DNA of 64,000 bases from an uncultured Actinomycetes bacterium (GTDB lineage: Bacteria > Actinomycetota > Thermoleophilia > UBA2241): assembly GCA_963725665.1 (NCBI GenBank), contig CAVRZA010000001.1:320001-384000 (forward strand), read 5' to 3'. Every line of letters starts with the position of its first letter. The stretch's first letter is position 1. The notes beneath the pieces are model-generated. The model made no database searches. It was given only the letters and a program-made list of their open reading frames with translations, and had not been told where the DNA came from. This document shows positions 21,258 through 30,870 of this stretch, piece by piece. The translations under genes and the position numbers were made by a program.

Positions 21258-22408
21258 GGGACAAGACGACCACCGCCACCGAGAAGGCCTCCGGCGTGAG
21301 CGGTGGGGCGACTTCCTCGAATGAGAGCTCGAGTCGGCAGAGTCAACAGCTGACCAGGGACGGTAACCTGCCGGCCATTCCTTTGCGGCGCCGCTTCCCG
21401 ACGAAGCGTATCGTCTTCCTCGTCATCACCGGCGTCGCCCTCTACTTCGTGTGGCCGAGGATCGTGCTGCTCTTCTCGCAGGTGCCTGAGCTGCGCGGGA
21501 TCACGTGGTTCTGGTTCGTTCTCATCGCGCTCCTCGAGTTGGCCAGCTTCGCCTGCTACTGGGGCCTGATGAGGGTCGCCTTGGGCGAGAAGAGATGGTT
21601 CGTGGTCAGCACGACGCAGCTCGCCAGCAACGCCTTCAGCCGCATCGTCCCCGGAGGCGCCGCGTCGGGAGGCTCGGTCAGTTACCAGATGTTGACGAAC
21701 GCCGGCTCGCCCCCGGCACGCGTCCTCACAGCGCTAACGGCGACAGGTCTCTTCTCGCCCGCCGTGCTCTTCGCCCTGCCGGTGCTGTCGATCCCTGCGA
21801 TCCTGACGGGGGCACCGGTCGATCGCAGTCTCCTACGCACCGCCCAGACCGGCGCGGTCATCTTCTTCTTCATCGTGACTGTCGGCGCGCTCTTCCTTTT
21901 CACCGACCGTCCTCTCGAGGGGGTCGGCCGCGTCGCACAGCGCGTCATCAACCGGCTTCGCCGTCACCACGAACCGGTCGCCGAGCTGCCGGAGACGCTC
22001 GTGCAGGAGCGCGACCTGATCAAGGGCCTCATCGGCAACCGTTGGTGGGAGGCCTTGCTCTTCGCGGGCGGCAACTGGCTGCTCGACTTCGGCGCCTTGC
22101 TCGCCGCCCTCGCCTCGACCGGAGCGCGGCCGCGAGCCTCGCTCGTGCTGTTGGCCTACGTCGTCGCCGCGCTGCTCGGCATGCTGCCTTTCACGCCGGG
22201 CGGACTGGGGTTCGTCGAGGTCGGCCTCGTCGGCACCCTGCAGCTCGCCGGCGTGTCGCCGGCCCAGGCCGTGCTCGCCACTCTGGCCTACAGGCTGGTC
22301 GCCTTTTGGCTGCCGATCCCTCTCGGGCTGATCGCCTACGTCGTCTACAGGCGGCGCTTCGGAGGCCCTCGCGAGCGCGAGCTCGTGAGGGGGGGTTCGC
22401 CTCCCTAA
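21254..22408 (+). CDS. Lysylphosphatidylglycerol synthase TM-domain (YbhN/UPF0104) flippase-like protein
   Basis: Multi-TM; RIVPGG, PFTPGGLGFVE, LAYRLVAFWLP; GTGA overlap with the upstream stop. Confidence 0.87.
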   Translation: MRDKTTTATEKASGVSGGATSSNESSSRQSQQLTRDGNLPAIPLRRRFPTKRIVFLVITGVALYFVWPRIVLLFSQVPELRGITWFWFVLIALLELASFACYWGLMRVALGEKRWFVVSTTQLASNAFSRIVPGGAASGGSVSYQMLTNAGSPPARVLTALTATGLFSPAVLFALPVLSIPAILTGAPVDRSLLRTAQTGAVIFFFIVTVGALFLFTDRPLEGVGRVAQRVINRLRRHHEPVAELPETLVQERDLIKGLIGNRWWEALLFAGGNWLLDFGALLAALASTGARPRASLVLLAYVVAALLGMLPFTPGGLGFVEVGLVGTLQLAGVSPAQAVLATLAYRLVAFWLPIPLGLIAYVVYRRRFGGPRERELVRGGSPP

Positions 22409-22414
22409 GACCGT

Positions 22415-23230
22415 CTAGGGGAGGCTAACGCGCGCCGCGACCGGCCAGTGGTCCGACGGCAGGCGCGCGCCGGCCCGCTCCTGGGCCACCCAGGCCTTCT
22501 CGACTCGCCAGTGCCCGCTTGCCAGGACGTAGTCGATGCGCCGTCCGGCGGAGATTCTGCCGAACCCGTGCTCCGTCGCGACGCGCTCGGTAGCGACGCT
22601 TTCGGTTGCCGGGTCGTGTGAGGCGAGGGGCTGCGCCGACACCCCCTGCCGCTCGGCCAGAAGGTCGCGCAGGCCGGCTGCGACGAAGCGGCGGACGGCC
22701 GGTCCGCCGGGCGCCTCGTTGAGGTCCCCGGCGACCAGCCAGGGGAGGTCCGGCTCGAGCCACGAGACGAGGGCCTCGGCGGCGCGCTCGCGCGACGCCG
22801 CCGAGGCCCCGTCGAGATGGAGGTTCGCGAACTCGAAACGGCGCCCGGAGGCCTCGTCGGCGAAGCGGCAGAGGGTCACAACGCGAGGCAGTGGGTTGCC
22901 CCAAGTGCGCGAGCCGGGCACGTCGGGTGTGTCCGAGAGCCAGCGCGTGCGCGAGGCCTCGAGGTGGAGACGCGCTCGACGGAAGAAGACGCTGCAGCGT
23001 TCGCCGCCTCCTCTGGCGTTGCGCCCCGCACCGGTCGCCGCGTAGCCGTCAAGGGAGCGCACGAGGTAGCGCTCCTGGAAGCCATAGGACTCTTGCAGCC
23101 CGACGATGTCGGCTTCGAGGCGGGCGATGGCCTGCGCCGTCGCCCGCCTCCTGAACGGCCACGAGTGCAGGCCGTCGCAGGCGATGCCGTTGCGAATGTT
23201 GAAGCTCACGACGGTGAGGGCCGTGCTCAC
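22415..23230 (-). CDS. Endonuclease/exonuclease/phosphatase family protein
   Basis: SFNIR, VGLQE, NLHLD, GDLN, IDYV, SDHWPV. Confidence 0.9.
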   Translation of the reverse strand: MSTALTVVSFNIRNGIACDGLHSWPFRRRATAQAIARLEADIVGLQESYGFQERYLVRSLDGYAATGAGRNARGGGERCSVFFRRARLHLEASRTRWLSDTPDVPGSRTWGNPLPRVVTLCRFADEASGRRFEFANLHLDGASAASRERAAEALVSWLEPDLPWLVAGDLNEAPGGPAVRRFVAAGLRDLLAERQGVSAQPLASHDPATESVATERVATEHGFGRISAGRRIDYVLASGHWRVEKAWVAQERAGARLPSDHWPVAARVSLP

Positions 23231-23284
23231 GGCCTCACACAGCGGCGGGATGTCGCCGTCCGTCGCGCCGCGACCGGCGAGGGC

Positions 23285-23695
23285 TCAAGACCGTTCGGGC
23301 CCCATCTCGCTCGCCGGCCTCCTCGCCCAGCCGCCGGGCAGCGCCGCGCGCAGAGCCGCCCGGCGCCAGGGCGTCACGCCCTCGATCTCGATCTCGAGCG
23401 AGAAGCTGAGGAAGGTGCGGATGAGGATGATGAGCCCGAGCACGAGGACGTTCTCGAGCGAGGGCTCGACGGCGACCGTACGGATCAGGTCGGCGGCGAC
23501 GAGGATCTCGAGGGCGAGGAGGATGCTGCGCTCGAACATCCGGCGCAGCGCCGTGAAACGGTCCGTCCCCTCCCTGCCCGGTCCGGCGGGTCGCGCTGCG
23601 CGCAGCAGCGCCCAGACGAAGCCCGCGACGAGGACGAGCACGCCTCCGATCTCGAAGCCGCGGGCGACCCCGTCCATGAGCTCGGTGTAGCTCAC
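23285..23695 (-). CDS. DUF1622 membrane protein
   Basis: ILLALEILVAADLIRTV, IRTFLSFSLEIEIEG..PW. Confidence 0.85.
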   Translation of the reverse strand: MSYTELMDGVARGFEIGGVLVLVAGFVWALLRAARPAGPGREGTDRFTALRRMFERSILLALEILVAADLIRTVAVEPSLENVLVLGLIILIRTFLSFSLEIEIEGVTPWRRAALRAALPGGWARRPASEMGPERS

Positions 23696-23769
23696 TGCGT
23701 TCTTCCTCTCGCGCGGCGTCCCTCACGACTCGGCCGCGGGCCGAGACGCTCCCGTCGCCCCCGCGCAGC

Positions 23770-25293
23770 TCAGGTCTGGACCGACGGGGGCTCGGCCGGG
23801 ATCGCCTCCGGTGGCGTGGCGCGGTGCACCAGGTAGCGGATGAAGAGCTCCCAGGCGAGCAGGATCAGCACGATGGCGATGATCCAGCCCCAGCTTGGCG
23901 TGGCGAGCAGCAGCACGAGCAGGGCGATGATGATGCCGGCGAGACGCAACCAGTCGGCATAGCGGACCATGAAGCGCAGCACCTTGGCCTGTGGCGAGGC
24001 CGGCTCTGCCGTCGTCTCGGCCAAGGTGGCGATGCCCTCGCCCGCCTTGCTGAACCACTGCGGCTTGCCCACCAGGAAGGCCGCCACCGCCACGATGATG
24101 CCGGCGATCAGGAAGGCCAGGGTGAAGCTCTGCATGTTGTCGACGGCCGTCTTGAGGATCGGCCCACCGATGCCCGGGCCCTGGCCCGTCTTGAGGCCGT
24201 TGACGATGTTCTCCTCGATGCGGTTGACCAGCACGCGGGCGATGATCAGCGCGACAGCGACGCCGACGCCCAGCTCGATCAGCGTGCGCCGCCTCTTGAG
24301 CGACAGCCACACGGAGGCGACGATGAGGGCGATGGTGAGGATCACGAGGATCACCACGACCGCGTTGAAGATGCGCACGATCTGCTGCGCCGTCTTGAGA
24401 TCCTGGCTCTTGAGCAGCGTCACCTGACCGAAGTCGGCCGGCAGCTGGACGCCGAGGGCCTGTGAGAGCTGCGCATTGGCCTCGGCGGGGGGCGTCTCCG
24501 GGGGGATCTCGGGGATCGTGATGCCGGAGAGCAGCCGCGGGGCTTTCTGCTGCACCTGGATGAGCGCCTTGGAGAGCAGGGGCAGCAGGTTCAGCTTGGC
24601 TTCGCCGTTGTTGACGGAGAGCGCGCCGGGTTCGTTGTTGAGGGCGTTGACGACCTGCTCGTGGGCCACGCGGTTGACACCCACCCAGAGGTTGTAGGCC
24701 GTATCCGTGGCGAGGAAGCTCTGGAGGTTCTTCTGCAGGAACGTCTGCAGCCAGCCCTCGACGGCAGTGGCGATGGGGGCCGCCAGGGGGTCGAACTGCG
24801 AAGGTAGGGCGTTCTCGGCGCGCTGCTGGATGTTGATGGCGTCGACGCCCCGTTGCGCCAGGTACACACTCAGGTCGTGCTGCACCTGGGGGTCTTTGGC
24901 GACCGGCGAGACCACCTCGACCCACTTGTCCGTGTTCATGAGGACGTTGTGGGCCCAGAGCGTCACCGTGCTCACCAGGACGCCGAGCACGGCCAGCACG
25001 ACGAGGATGCCGACGAGCCAACGGCGCATGCGCACGTGGGTCCTGCCCGCGCTGCGGTCGCCGAACCAGGCCGAGACGGACTGCCACACACTCTTCTCGC
25101 GAGTCTCCGCGGCAGTGTCGCCGCTGTCACTCTCTGCGCTGTCGGTGTCGGAGCCGCTCTCGGGGCTGCCGGCCTCAGCGCCGGTCTCCGGGCTGCCGGC
25201 GTCAGCCTCGCTGCTGCCGCCCGACTCGGCCCCAGTTCCTTCGTCGCCGGCGTCCGGCAGCGGCACCGTGCGTTCGTCGGTGTCGTCGCTCAT
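23770..25293 (-). CDS. Integral membrane protein with acidic N-terminal extension
   Basis: SD GGGGAG; acidic AGSPE-repeat N-terminus, one TM, large extracytoplasmic region, then several TMs. Confidence 0.8.
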   Translation of the reverse strand: MSDDTDERTVPLPDAGDEGTGAESGGSSEADAGSPETGAEAGSPESGSDTDSAESDSGDTAAETREKSVWQSVSAWFGDRSAGRTHVRMRRWLVGILVVLAVLGVLVSTVTLWAHNVLMNTDKWVEVVSPVAKDPQVQHDLSVYLAQRGVDAINIQQRAENALPSQFDPLAAPIATAVEGWLQTFLQKNLQSFLATDTAYNLWVGVNRVAHEQVVNALNNEPGALSVNNGEAKLNLLPLLSKALIQVQQKAPRLLSGITIPEIPPETPPAEANAQLSQALGVQLPADFGQVTLLKSQDLKTAQQIVRIFNAVVVILVILTIALIVASVWLSLKRRRTLIELGVGVAVALIIARVLVNRIEENIVNGLKTGQGPGIGGPILKTAVDNMQSFTLAFLIAGIIVAVAAFLVGKPQWFSKAGEGIATLAETTAEPASPQAKVLRFMVRYADWLRLAGIIIALLVLLLATPSWGWIIAIVLILLAWELFIRYLVHRATPPEAIPAEPPSVQT

Positions 25294-25405
25294 GCGTCGC
25301 CTCCCCTTGCGTGGGCTCCACGGCTGTGGCTCGTCCTTACCGCGCACATACTTGCGTCATCATACCCGACCGCCGTCGCGATGGAACGGACGTCCCTCGC
25401 GTGGG

Positions 25406-26161
25406 TCACACGGTCGTGACGATCACGCCGGCGTCTGTGAGGTGCGCCATCTCGGTGGGGTTGGCCATCCCGTCGGTGATGAGCTCGTCGATGTCGTCGA
25501 GGCCGGCGATACGCGCGAGGGCGCGCCGCCCGACCTTGGAGCCGTCGGCGACGACGACGGTCCGGGCGGCGCGCCTGATCAGATGCAGGTTCGTGTGGGC
25601 CTCGACCTCGTGGTGGGTCGTGAGCCCGGCGTCGACCGAGATCCCGTCGACGCCGACGAAAGCCACATCGAGGTTGAGGCCGTCGAGGGTGAGCTCGGCG
25701 AGCGGTCCGACGAGCTCGTAGGACTCGCTGCGGGCCGTCCCGCCGGTGACGATCAGCTTGAGGTCGGGGCGCAGGGCGAGCTCGGAGGCGATGTTGAGCG
25801 CGTTCGTCACGACGGTGAGTCCCGGACGCGTCATCAAGACGCGCGCCACTTCCGTCGTCGTGGTGCCGCCTGTGAAGCCTACCGTCGACACCCCGTCGGC
25901 GCGGCGTGCGGCTTCGGCCGCTATGCGGCGCTTCTCCTCGATGTGGCGTCCTCCCTTGTAGCGCAGCGGTAGCTCGATGAGCCCGCTGGCGACGGCTCCG
26001 CCGTGAGTGCGCGAGAGTAGGCGCTGCTGCTCGAGGAGCTGCAAGTCGCGGCGCACCGAGGCAGTCGAGACGCCGAGCAGGGCGGCGAGCTCGCTGACGG
26101 CGACCGAGCCGCGATCGGCGAGCCGTTCGAGGATCACGCTGAGGCGTTCCTCCTGGCGCAT
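25406..26161 (-). CDS. DeoR/GlpR-family regulator (AgaR-like)
   Basis: HTH VSTASVRRDL..RTHGGA; GGTTT, VVTNALNIA, ADGSK. Confidence 0.93.
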   Translation of the reverse strand: MRQEERLSVILERLADRGSVAVSELAALLGVSTASVRRDLQLLEQQRLLSRTHGGAVASGLIELPLRYKGGRHIEEKRRIAAEAARRADGVSTVGFTGGTTTTEVARVLMTRPGLTVVTNALNIASELALRPDLKLIVTGGTARSESYELVGPLAELTLDGLNLDVAFVGVDGISVDAGLTTHHEVEAHTNLHLIRRAARTVVVADGSKVGRRALARIAGLDDIDELITDGMANPTEMAHLTDAGVIVTTV

Positions 26162-26182
26162 GGCGCCATCGTATCACAGGGT

Positions 26183-26222
26183 CTGCAAGGTTCTGTACGA
26201 TTCGCGGATGTAATGAGCAAGA
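26183..26222. promoter_or_regulatory. Putative DeoR operator (10-bp periodic repeats)
   Basis: CTGCAAGGTT/CTGTACGATT/CGCGGATGTA/ATGAGCAAGA; resembles arrays at 27500 and 44754. Confidence 0.5.
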
Positions 26223-26260
26223 AGCAACACGCGCGCGTTCGGGGTTGGTAGGATGGGGGC

Positions 26261-27490
26261 ATGGCGCCGGGCCCCGAGCAGCGATCCGGAGCGGGGAGCG
26301 AACGTCGGCGAGGCTCCTCAGCCGCCTCCGCCGAGGGGCGCGTCGACCTCTGGCCGCTGAGGTCTCTGTTTGCCCTTTCGGGCGCAGCCGGCGCCGCGTT
26401 GCTGCCGTTCTTCGCCCTGCTCCTGCGTGACCGTGGCCTGGGCCCGGAGCGCATCGGTCTCGTGCTCGCCGCCGCGTCGCTCGCCGGGGCCCTCGTCACG
26501 CCCGTGTGGAGCCACGTCGCCGACACACGGGCCGGCATCGTCCTCGCCCTGCGCTTCTCGGCCTTCGCCACCGCGGCCTGCGCCGTCGCCCTCGCGGCCA
26601 CCGGCTCGGCGTTCGTGCCCATCCTGCTCGCCGCCGCCGCCATGTCGGCGTGCTCGGCGCCGGGGGCGCCGCTCTCGGACGCCCTCGCCGTCGGGTACCT
26701 GGGCCCCGAGCGGATGACGGAGTACGGCACGATTAGGCTCTGGGCGAGCGCCGGCTGGGGAGTGGCGGTCATCGCCTTCGGCGCCCTCTTCGAGGGTCTC
26801 GGCCTGGGGCCGGCGCTGCCCGCATACGCCCTCGGCAGCGTCGCCCTCGGCCTGTGGACCTTCCGGCTCCCGCCCGGGGCTCCGCTGCCGCAGCCCTCAC
26901 ACTCCCGCCTGGGGGCCGTGGGCGACGCGCTGCGCGCGTCGCCCAGGCTCGTTCCCTTCCTCGGTGGCGTGTTCCTCGTGGCCGTGGCTTCGTCTGCGGC
27001 CTGGTCGTTCGTCGGCTTGCGGATCGTCGGACAGGGCGGCGGACCGTTCCTCGTGGGCCTCGCCGCCGGCCTCACGGCCTTCATCGAGATCCCCGTCATG
27101 CAGTACAGCGGTGCGCTCGGACGGCGGTTCGGTCTCCGGGCCGCGTTCGGTGCCGGAGCCCTTGTGTATGCGCTCGTCTTCCTCGTGTGGACCTTCGTGC
27201 GCAGTCCGCTCGTCATCACCCTTGTCGCGAGTGCCGACGGAGTCGCGTTCGCGCTCGTCTACACCGGTGTGGTGGTCATCACCGGCCGGCTCGTGCCCGA
27301 GCGCCTGAGCTCGACCGGCCAGGCGCTCGCGCAGACGGTCAACTGGAACGTGGCCCCGATCGTCGGCGCCGCGCTGGGTGGCGTGGTCTTCGCCCGTCTC
27401 GGCGCGCCGGTGCTTTTCGCCGGCGCCGCCGTCCTCGCCGTCGCCGGCGCCGCCGTGGTGTGGCTCGCGCTGGGACGGGCGCAGGCGTGA
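26261..27490 (+). CDS. MFS transporter (MFS_1_like)
   Basis: About 12 TMs; WSHVAD, YGTIRLWASAGW, EIPVM. Confidence 0.85.
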   Translation: MAPGPEQRSGAGSERRRGSSAASAEGRVDLWPLRSLFALSGAAGAALLPFFALLLRDRGLGPERIGLVLAAASLAGALVTPVWSHVADTRAGIVLALRFSAFATAACAVALAATGSAFVPILLAAAAMSACSAPGAPLSDALAVGYLGPERMTEYGTIRLWASAGWGVAVIAFGALFEGLGLGPALPAYALGSVALGLWTFRLPPGAPLPQPSHSRLGAVGDALRASPRLVPFLGGVFLVAVASSAAWSFVGLRIVGQGGGPFLVGLAAGLTAFIEIPVMQYSGALGRRFGLRAAFGAGALVYALVFLVWTFVRSPLVITLVASADGVAFALVYTGVVVITGRLVPERLSSTGQALAQTVNWNVAPIVGAALGGVVFARLGAPVLFAGAAVLAVAGAAVVWLALGRAQA

Positions 27491-27492
27491 TG

Positions 27493-27539
27493 TTGCATCC
27501 TGCACGATTGGTGCATAGTATGGACAGAAATGAACAAGA
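27493..27539 (+). promoter_or_regulatory. Sigma70-type promoter (probably leaderless) with overlapping operator
   Basis: TTGCAT(27493)-17bp-TAGTAT(27516); ATG 8 nt later with no SD; palindrome TGCAC-N5-GTGCA (27501-27515) in the spacer. Confidence 0.65.
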
Positions 27540-28432
27540 CGACGGCCGAGATACTGACACAACCAGCCTGCTGGCGACGTGCCGCGGCCGTCGCGGCGAC
27601 GGCGGACGCGGGCGGGGCTCTGCCCGCGGCGGGCGAGCGCATCGCCGTGGTCGGCTGCGGCACGTCGCTCTACGTCGCCCAGGCCTACGCGGCGGCGCGT
27701 GAGGCGGACGGTCTCGGCGTGAGCGACGCCTTCGCCGCTTCCGAGTATCCCGAGGCGCGCTCCTATGGCAAGGTTGTCGCCCTCTCCCGCTCGGGCACGA
27801 CGAGCGAGGTCCTCGCCTTGCTCGCCTCGCTGCCGCAGCGGGAGGCGTCGCTGGTGATCACGGCGGTCGGCGACTCGCCGGCGGCTGCGGCCGCCGGCGA
27901 GTCGCTCGTGCTCGACTTCGCCGACGAGCAGTCGGTCGTGCAGACGCGCTTCGCAACGACCGCGCTGGCGCTGCTGCGAGCCTCACTCGGGCACGACATC
28001 GAGCGCGCGGCCGACGACGCCGCGCGCGCCCTCGACGTCGACCTTCCTCTCCAGCCGGGGTCGGTTTCGCAGGTGACCTTCCTCGGCACAGGCTGGACGG
28101 TGGGCCTGGCCTCCGAAGCGGCGCTCAAGCTGCGCGAGGCCGCGCAGGCGTGGACCGAGTCGTACACCGCCATGGAGTACCGCCACGGGCCGATAGCCAT
28201 CGCCGCGCCGGGGCGCGCCGTCTGGCCGTTCGGCCCTCTGCCGCGCGGCCTCGCCGACGACATCGAGGCGACAGGGGCGACCCTGGTCGACATCGGCGAC
28301 CTCGACCCGATGGCGGCGCTCGTCCTCGCCCAGCGCTTCGCGGTGGCCGAGGCTGAGCACCGCGGACTCGATCCCGATCGGCCGCGCAACCTGACACGGT
28401 CGGTCGTCTTGCCGTTCTTGGAGACGAGGTGA
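27530..28432 (+). CDS. SIS-domain sugar-phosphate isomerase (AgaS-like)
   Basis: EILTQP, GCGTS, SRSGTTSE, EQSVVQT, EAALKLRE, EYRHGP, PDRPRNLTRSV. Confidence 0.88.
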   Translation: MNKTTAEILTQPACWRRAAAVAATADAGGALPAAGERIAVVGCGTSLYVAQAYAAAREADGLGVSDAFAASEYPEARSYGKVVALSRSGTTSEVLALLASLPQREASLVITAVGDSPAAAAAGESLVLDFADEQSVVQTRFATTALALLRASLGHDIERAADDAARALDVDLPLQPGSVSQVTFLGTGWTVGLASEAALKLREAAQAWTESYTAMEYRHGPIAIAAPGRAVWPFGPLPRGLADDIEATGATLVDIGDLDPMAALVLAQRFAVAEAEHRGLDPDRPRNLTRSVVLPFLETR

Positions 28433-28515
28433 CCGGTTGCGGTCGTCATGAATGCCCGCACTGCGGCACAAGGCTCGTGTACGCTTCAGTCTGAGAGACA
28501 GGGGGAGGTCCCGGG

Positions 28516-29856
28516 ATGAGCATCGCATCGTCACGCAGCGCCGTCGCCAAGGCGCTGGCGCTGGCCACGTTGTTCCTCGCACTTGCCGTCGCAGCGTGCG
28601 GCGGCACCAGCCCAAGCACGACGTCGAGCCCCTCTGGCGGCGCCGCCGCCCTGCCTTCGCCTGGCGGCGGCGGCACGGTGACGCTCTGGCACGGCTACAC
28701 CGACGTTGAACGCACCGCCACCGACGCCTTCGTGGCGAAGTTCAACGCCACGAATGCGGGCTTCACCATGAAGGCCGTGTTCGCCGGCAACAACGACTAC
28801 GCCCTGCAGAAGCTGCTCACCGCTCTCGCCGCCGGCAAGGCGCCGGAGATCTCCTACCAGTACGGCTCCTCGATGGCCAACCTGGCGACCTCGCCCAAGA
28901 TCGTCGACCTCGGTCCCCTCATGGCCGCGACGCCCGACTTCAACTGGGACGACTTCTACCAGGCCGAGCGCCTCGCCACGACGGTGAACGGCAAGGTCAT
29001 CGGGGTGCCCGCCCTTGTCGACAACTTGGCCATCGTTTACAACAAGGCGGTGTTCGACAAGGCCGGGGTCGCTTACCCGACGAAGGACTGGACGTGGACA
29101 GATTTTCGCGCCGCGGCGCAGAAGCTCACCGATCCCGCGACAAAGCAATTCGGATGGGCCTACGTCAACGACGGCAGCGAAGACACGGTGTGGCGCTTCC
29201 TCGCCCTGCTCTGGCAGGCCGGTGGAGACCTCCTGAATGCCGACAACAGCGCCTCGGCCGTCAACAGCCCTCAAGGGCTCAAGGCAATGACCCTCCTGCA
29301 TGACATGGCCGTCACGGACAAGTCGATCTACCTCGACAACGGCAGCGGCAACTACATCAACGTGTTCAACGCCGGCAAGATCGCCATGTTGTGGACAGGT
29401 CCCTGGGATCTTTCGGCGATCAACGCCGGGGTCGACTACGGCGTCGAGATCCTGCCGGCCGACGTGACGCACGCGACCATCGCCGGTCCGGACAACTACG
29501 TGCTCATCGACAACGGGCCACAGCAGGTGGCCAACGCCTGGGACTTCGTGAACTGGTTCTGCTCGCCAGAGGTGCACCTGGCGTACTGCATCGCGACGGG
29601 ACACCTGCCGATCCGCAAGTCGGAGACCAAGCTACCGGCCTACCAGACCTACCTCAAGAAGTACCCGGCCGACGAGATCTTCGTGGCGAACCTGGAGAAC
29701 GTGAGCAAAGCGCGGCCGAACCTGGCGACCTACCCGAAGATCTCAGCGGCGCTGGGGCAGGCGGTGCAGTCGGTGCTGCTCGGCCGGGCGCAGCCGCAGC
29801 AGGCACTGCAGGCCGCGAGTCAGCAGATCGACTCGATCCTGGCGGCCGGCCAGTGA
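28516..29856 (+). CDS. Carbohydrate ABC transporter substrate-binding lipoprotein
   Basis: Lipobox VAAC; YNKAVFDKAG, WTWTDF, GKIAMLWTGPW. Confidence 0.92.
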   Translation: MSIASSRSAVAKALALATLFLALAVAACGGTSPSTTSSPSGGAAALPSPGGGGTVTLWHGYTDVERTATDAFVAKFNATNAGFTMKAVFAGNNDYALQKLLTALAAGKAPEISYQYGSSMANLATSPKIVDLGPLMAATPDFNWDDFYQAERLATTVNGKVIGVPALVDNLAIVYNKAVFDKAGVAYPTKDWTWTDFRAAAQKLTDPATKQFGWAYVNDGSEDTVWRFLALLWQAGGDLLNADNSASAVNSPQGLKAMTLLHDMAVTDKSIYLDNGSGNYINVFNAGKIAMLWTGPWDLSAINAGVDYGVEILPADVTHATIAGPDNYVLIDNGPQQVANAWDFVNWFCSPEVHLAYCIATGHLPIRKSETKLPAYQTYLKKYPADEIFVANLENVSKARPNLATYPKISAALGQAVQSVLLGRAQPQQALQAASQQIDSILAAGQ

Positions 29857-29872
29857 GAGCGGCCGATGAGGG

Positions 29873-29892
29873 TTGAGGTCGGGCGGGGCGGG
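29873..29892 (+). repeat. 20-bp repeat TTGAGGTCGGGCGGGGCGGG (inverted copy at 33054-33073)
   Basis: Exact reverse complement of 33054-33073, compared base by base. Confidence 0.7.
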
Positions 29893-29911
29893 GCGTCACG
29901 ATAGCGGCGAA

Positions 29912-30862
29912 ATGTCTGAAGCGACGCTGAGCCCCACATCTCCCGAGGCCCCAGCGCGGGCCTCGCGCAAGGCCTCACACTGGGAGCGTTTCCTCTCCTC
30001 CGACAGCCTCGCCGGGTGGGGCTTCGCCTCGCCGGCGATGCTGCTCATCGCCGTCTTCGGCATCGCCCCCATCATCTGGTCGGCGGTGCTCTCCTTCCAG
30101 CGCAACAACCTGCTCTCACCCGGAGTCTGGATCGGCTTCAAGAACTACGAGCGTCTCATGCGCGACCCGCTCTTCGCCCACTCGGTGCGGCTCACTGTGC
30201 TCTACACCCTCCTCTTCGTGCCCATCAGCATCGTGCTCTCGCTGCTCTGCGCGGTGGCCCTCAACCGCAAGCTGTGGTTCATCCGCCTCTACCGCACGGC
30301 CATCTTCCTGCCCGTCGTGGCCTCGACGGTCGCCGAGGCGATCCTCTTCCTCTGGCTCTTCGACCCCTACAACGGGATCGCCAACGTCGTCCTGAGCAAG
30401 GTCGGGGTCCCCTCACAGAGCTTCTTCCAGAACCCCTCCCAGGCTCTCTATTGCATCGTTGCCATGACCGTCTGGGGCTGGCTGGGGTTCAGCGTGATCA
30501 TCTACCTGGCCGCGCTCCAGGGGATCCCCAAGGAGCTCGTTGAGGCGGCGGCCATCGACGGTGCCACCCGCTGGCGCATCTTCCGTCGCGTCGAGCTGCC
30601 GCTCCTGGGGCCGACGACCCTGTTCCTGGTGATCTACCTGAGCATCAACGCATTGCAGCTCTTCGACGAGATCTACGTGACGACACGCGGCGGCCCTCTC
30701 AACTCGACCCTCGTCGTCGTCTACTACCTCTACCAGCAGGCGTTCCAGTTCTTCGACGCGGGCTATGCGACGGCGATCGCCTACGTGCTCTTCCTCGGCA
30801 TCCTCGTGCTGACGATCGTGCAGCTGCTCTTCGGCCGCCGCTTCGTCCACTACCGCTCGTAG
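29912..30862 (+). CDS. Carbohydrate ABC transporter permease (MalF-like)
   Basis: IGFKNY; EAA loop EAAAIDGA. Confidence 0.93.
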   Translation: MSEATLSPTSPEAPARASRKASHWERFLSSDSLAGWGFASPAMLLIAVFGIAPIIWSAVLSFQRNNLLSPGVWIGFKNYERLMRDPLFAHSVRLTVLYTLLFVPISIVLSLLCAVALNRKLWFIRLYRTAIFLPVVASTVAEAILFLWLFDPYNGIANVVLSKVGVPSQSFFQNPSQALYCIVAMTVWGWLGFSVIIYLAALQGIPKELVEAAAIDGATRWRIFRRVELPLLGPTTLFLVIYLSINALQLFDEIYVTTRGGPLNSTLVVVYYLYQQAFQFFDAGYATAIAYVLFLGILVLTIVQLLFGRRFVHYRS

Positions 30863-30870
30863 GTCGCCCG

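Noticed and set aside
25140-25215. Tandem AGSPE(T/S)G repeat in the membrane protein N-terminus
   Set aside because: A two-copy duplication in a disordered acidic tail, with no sign of further significance.
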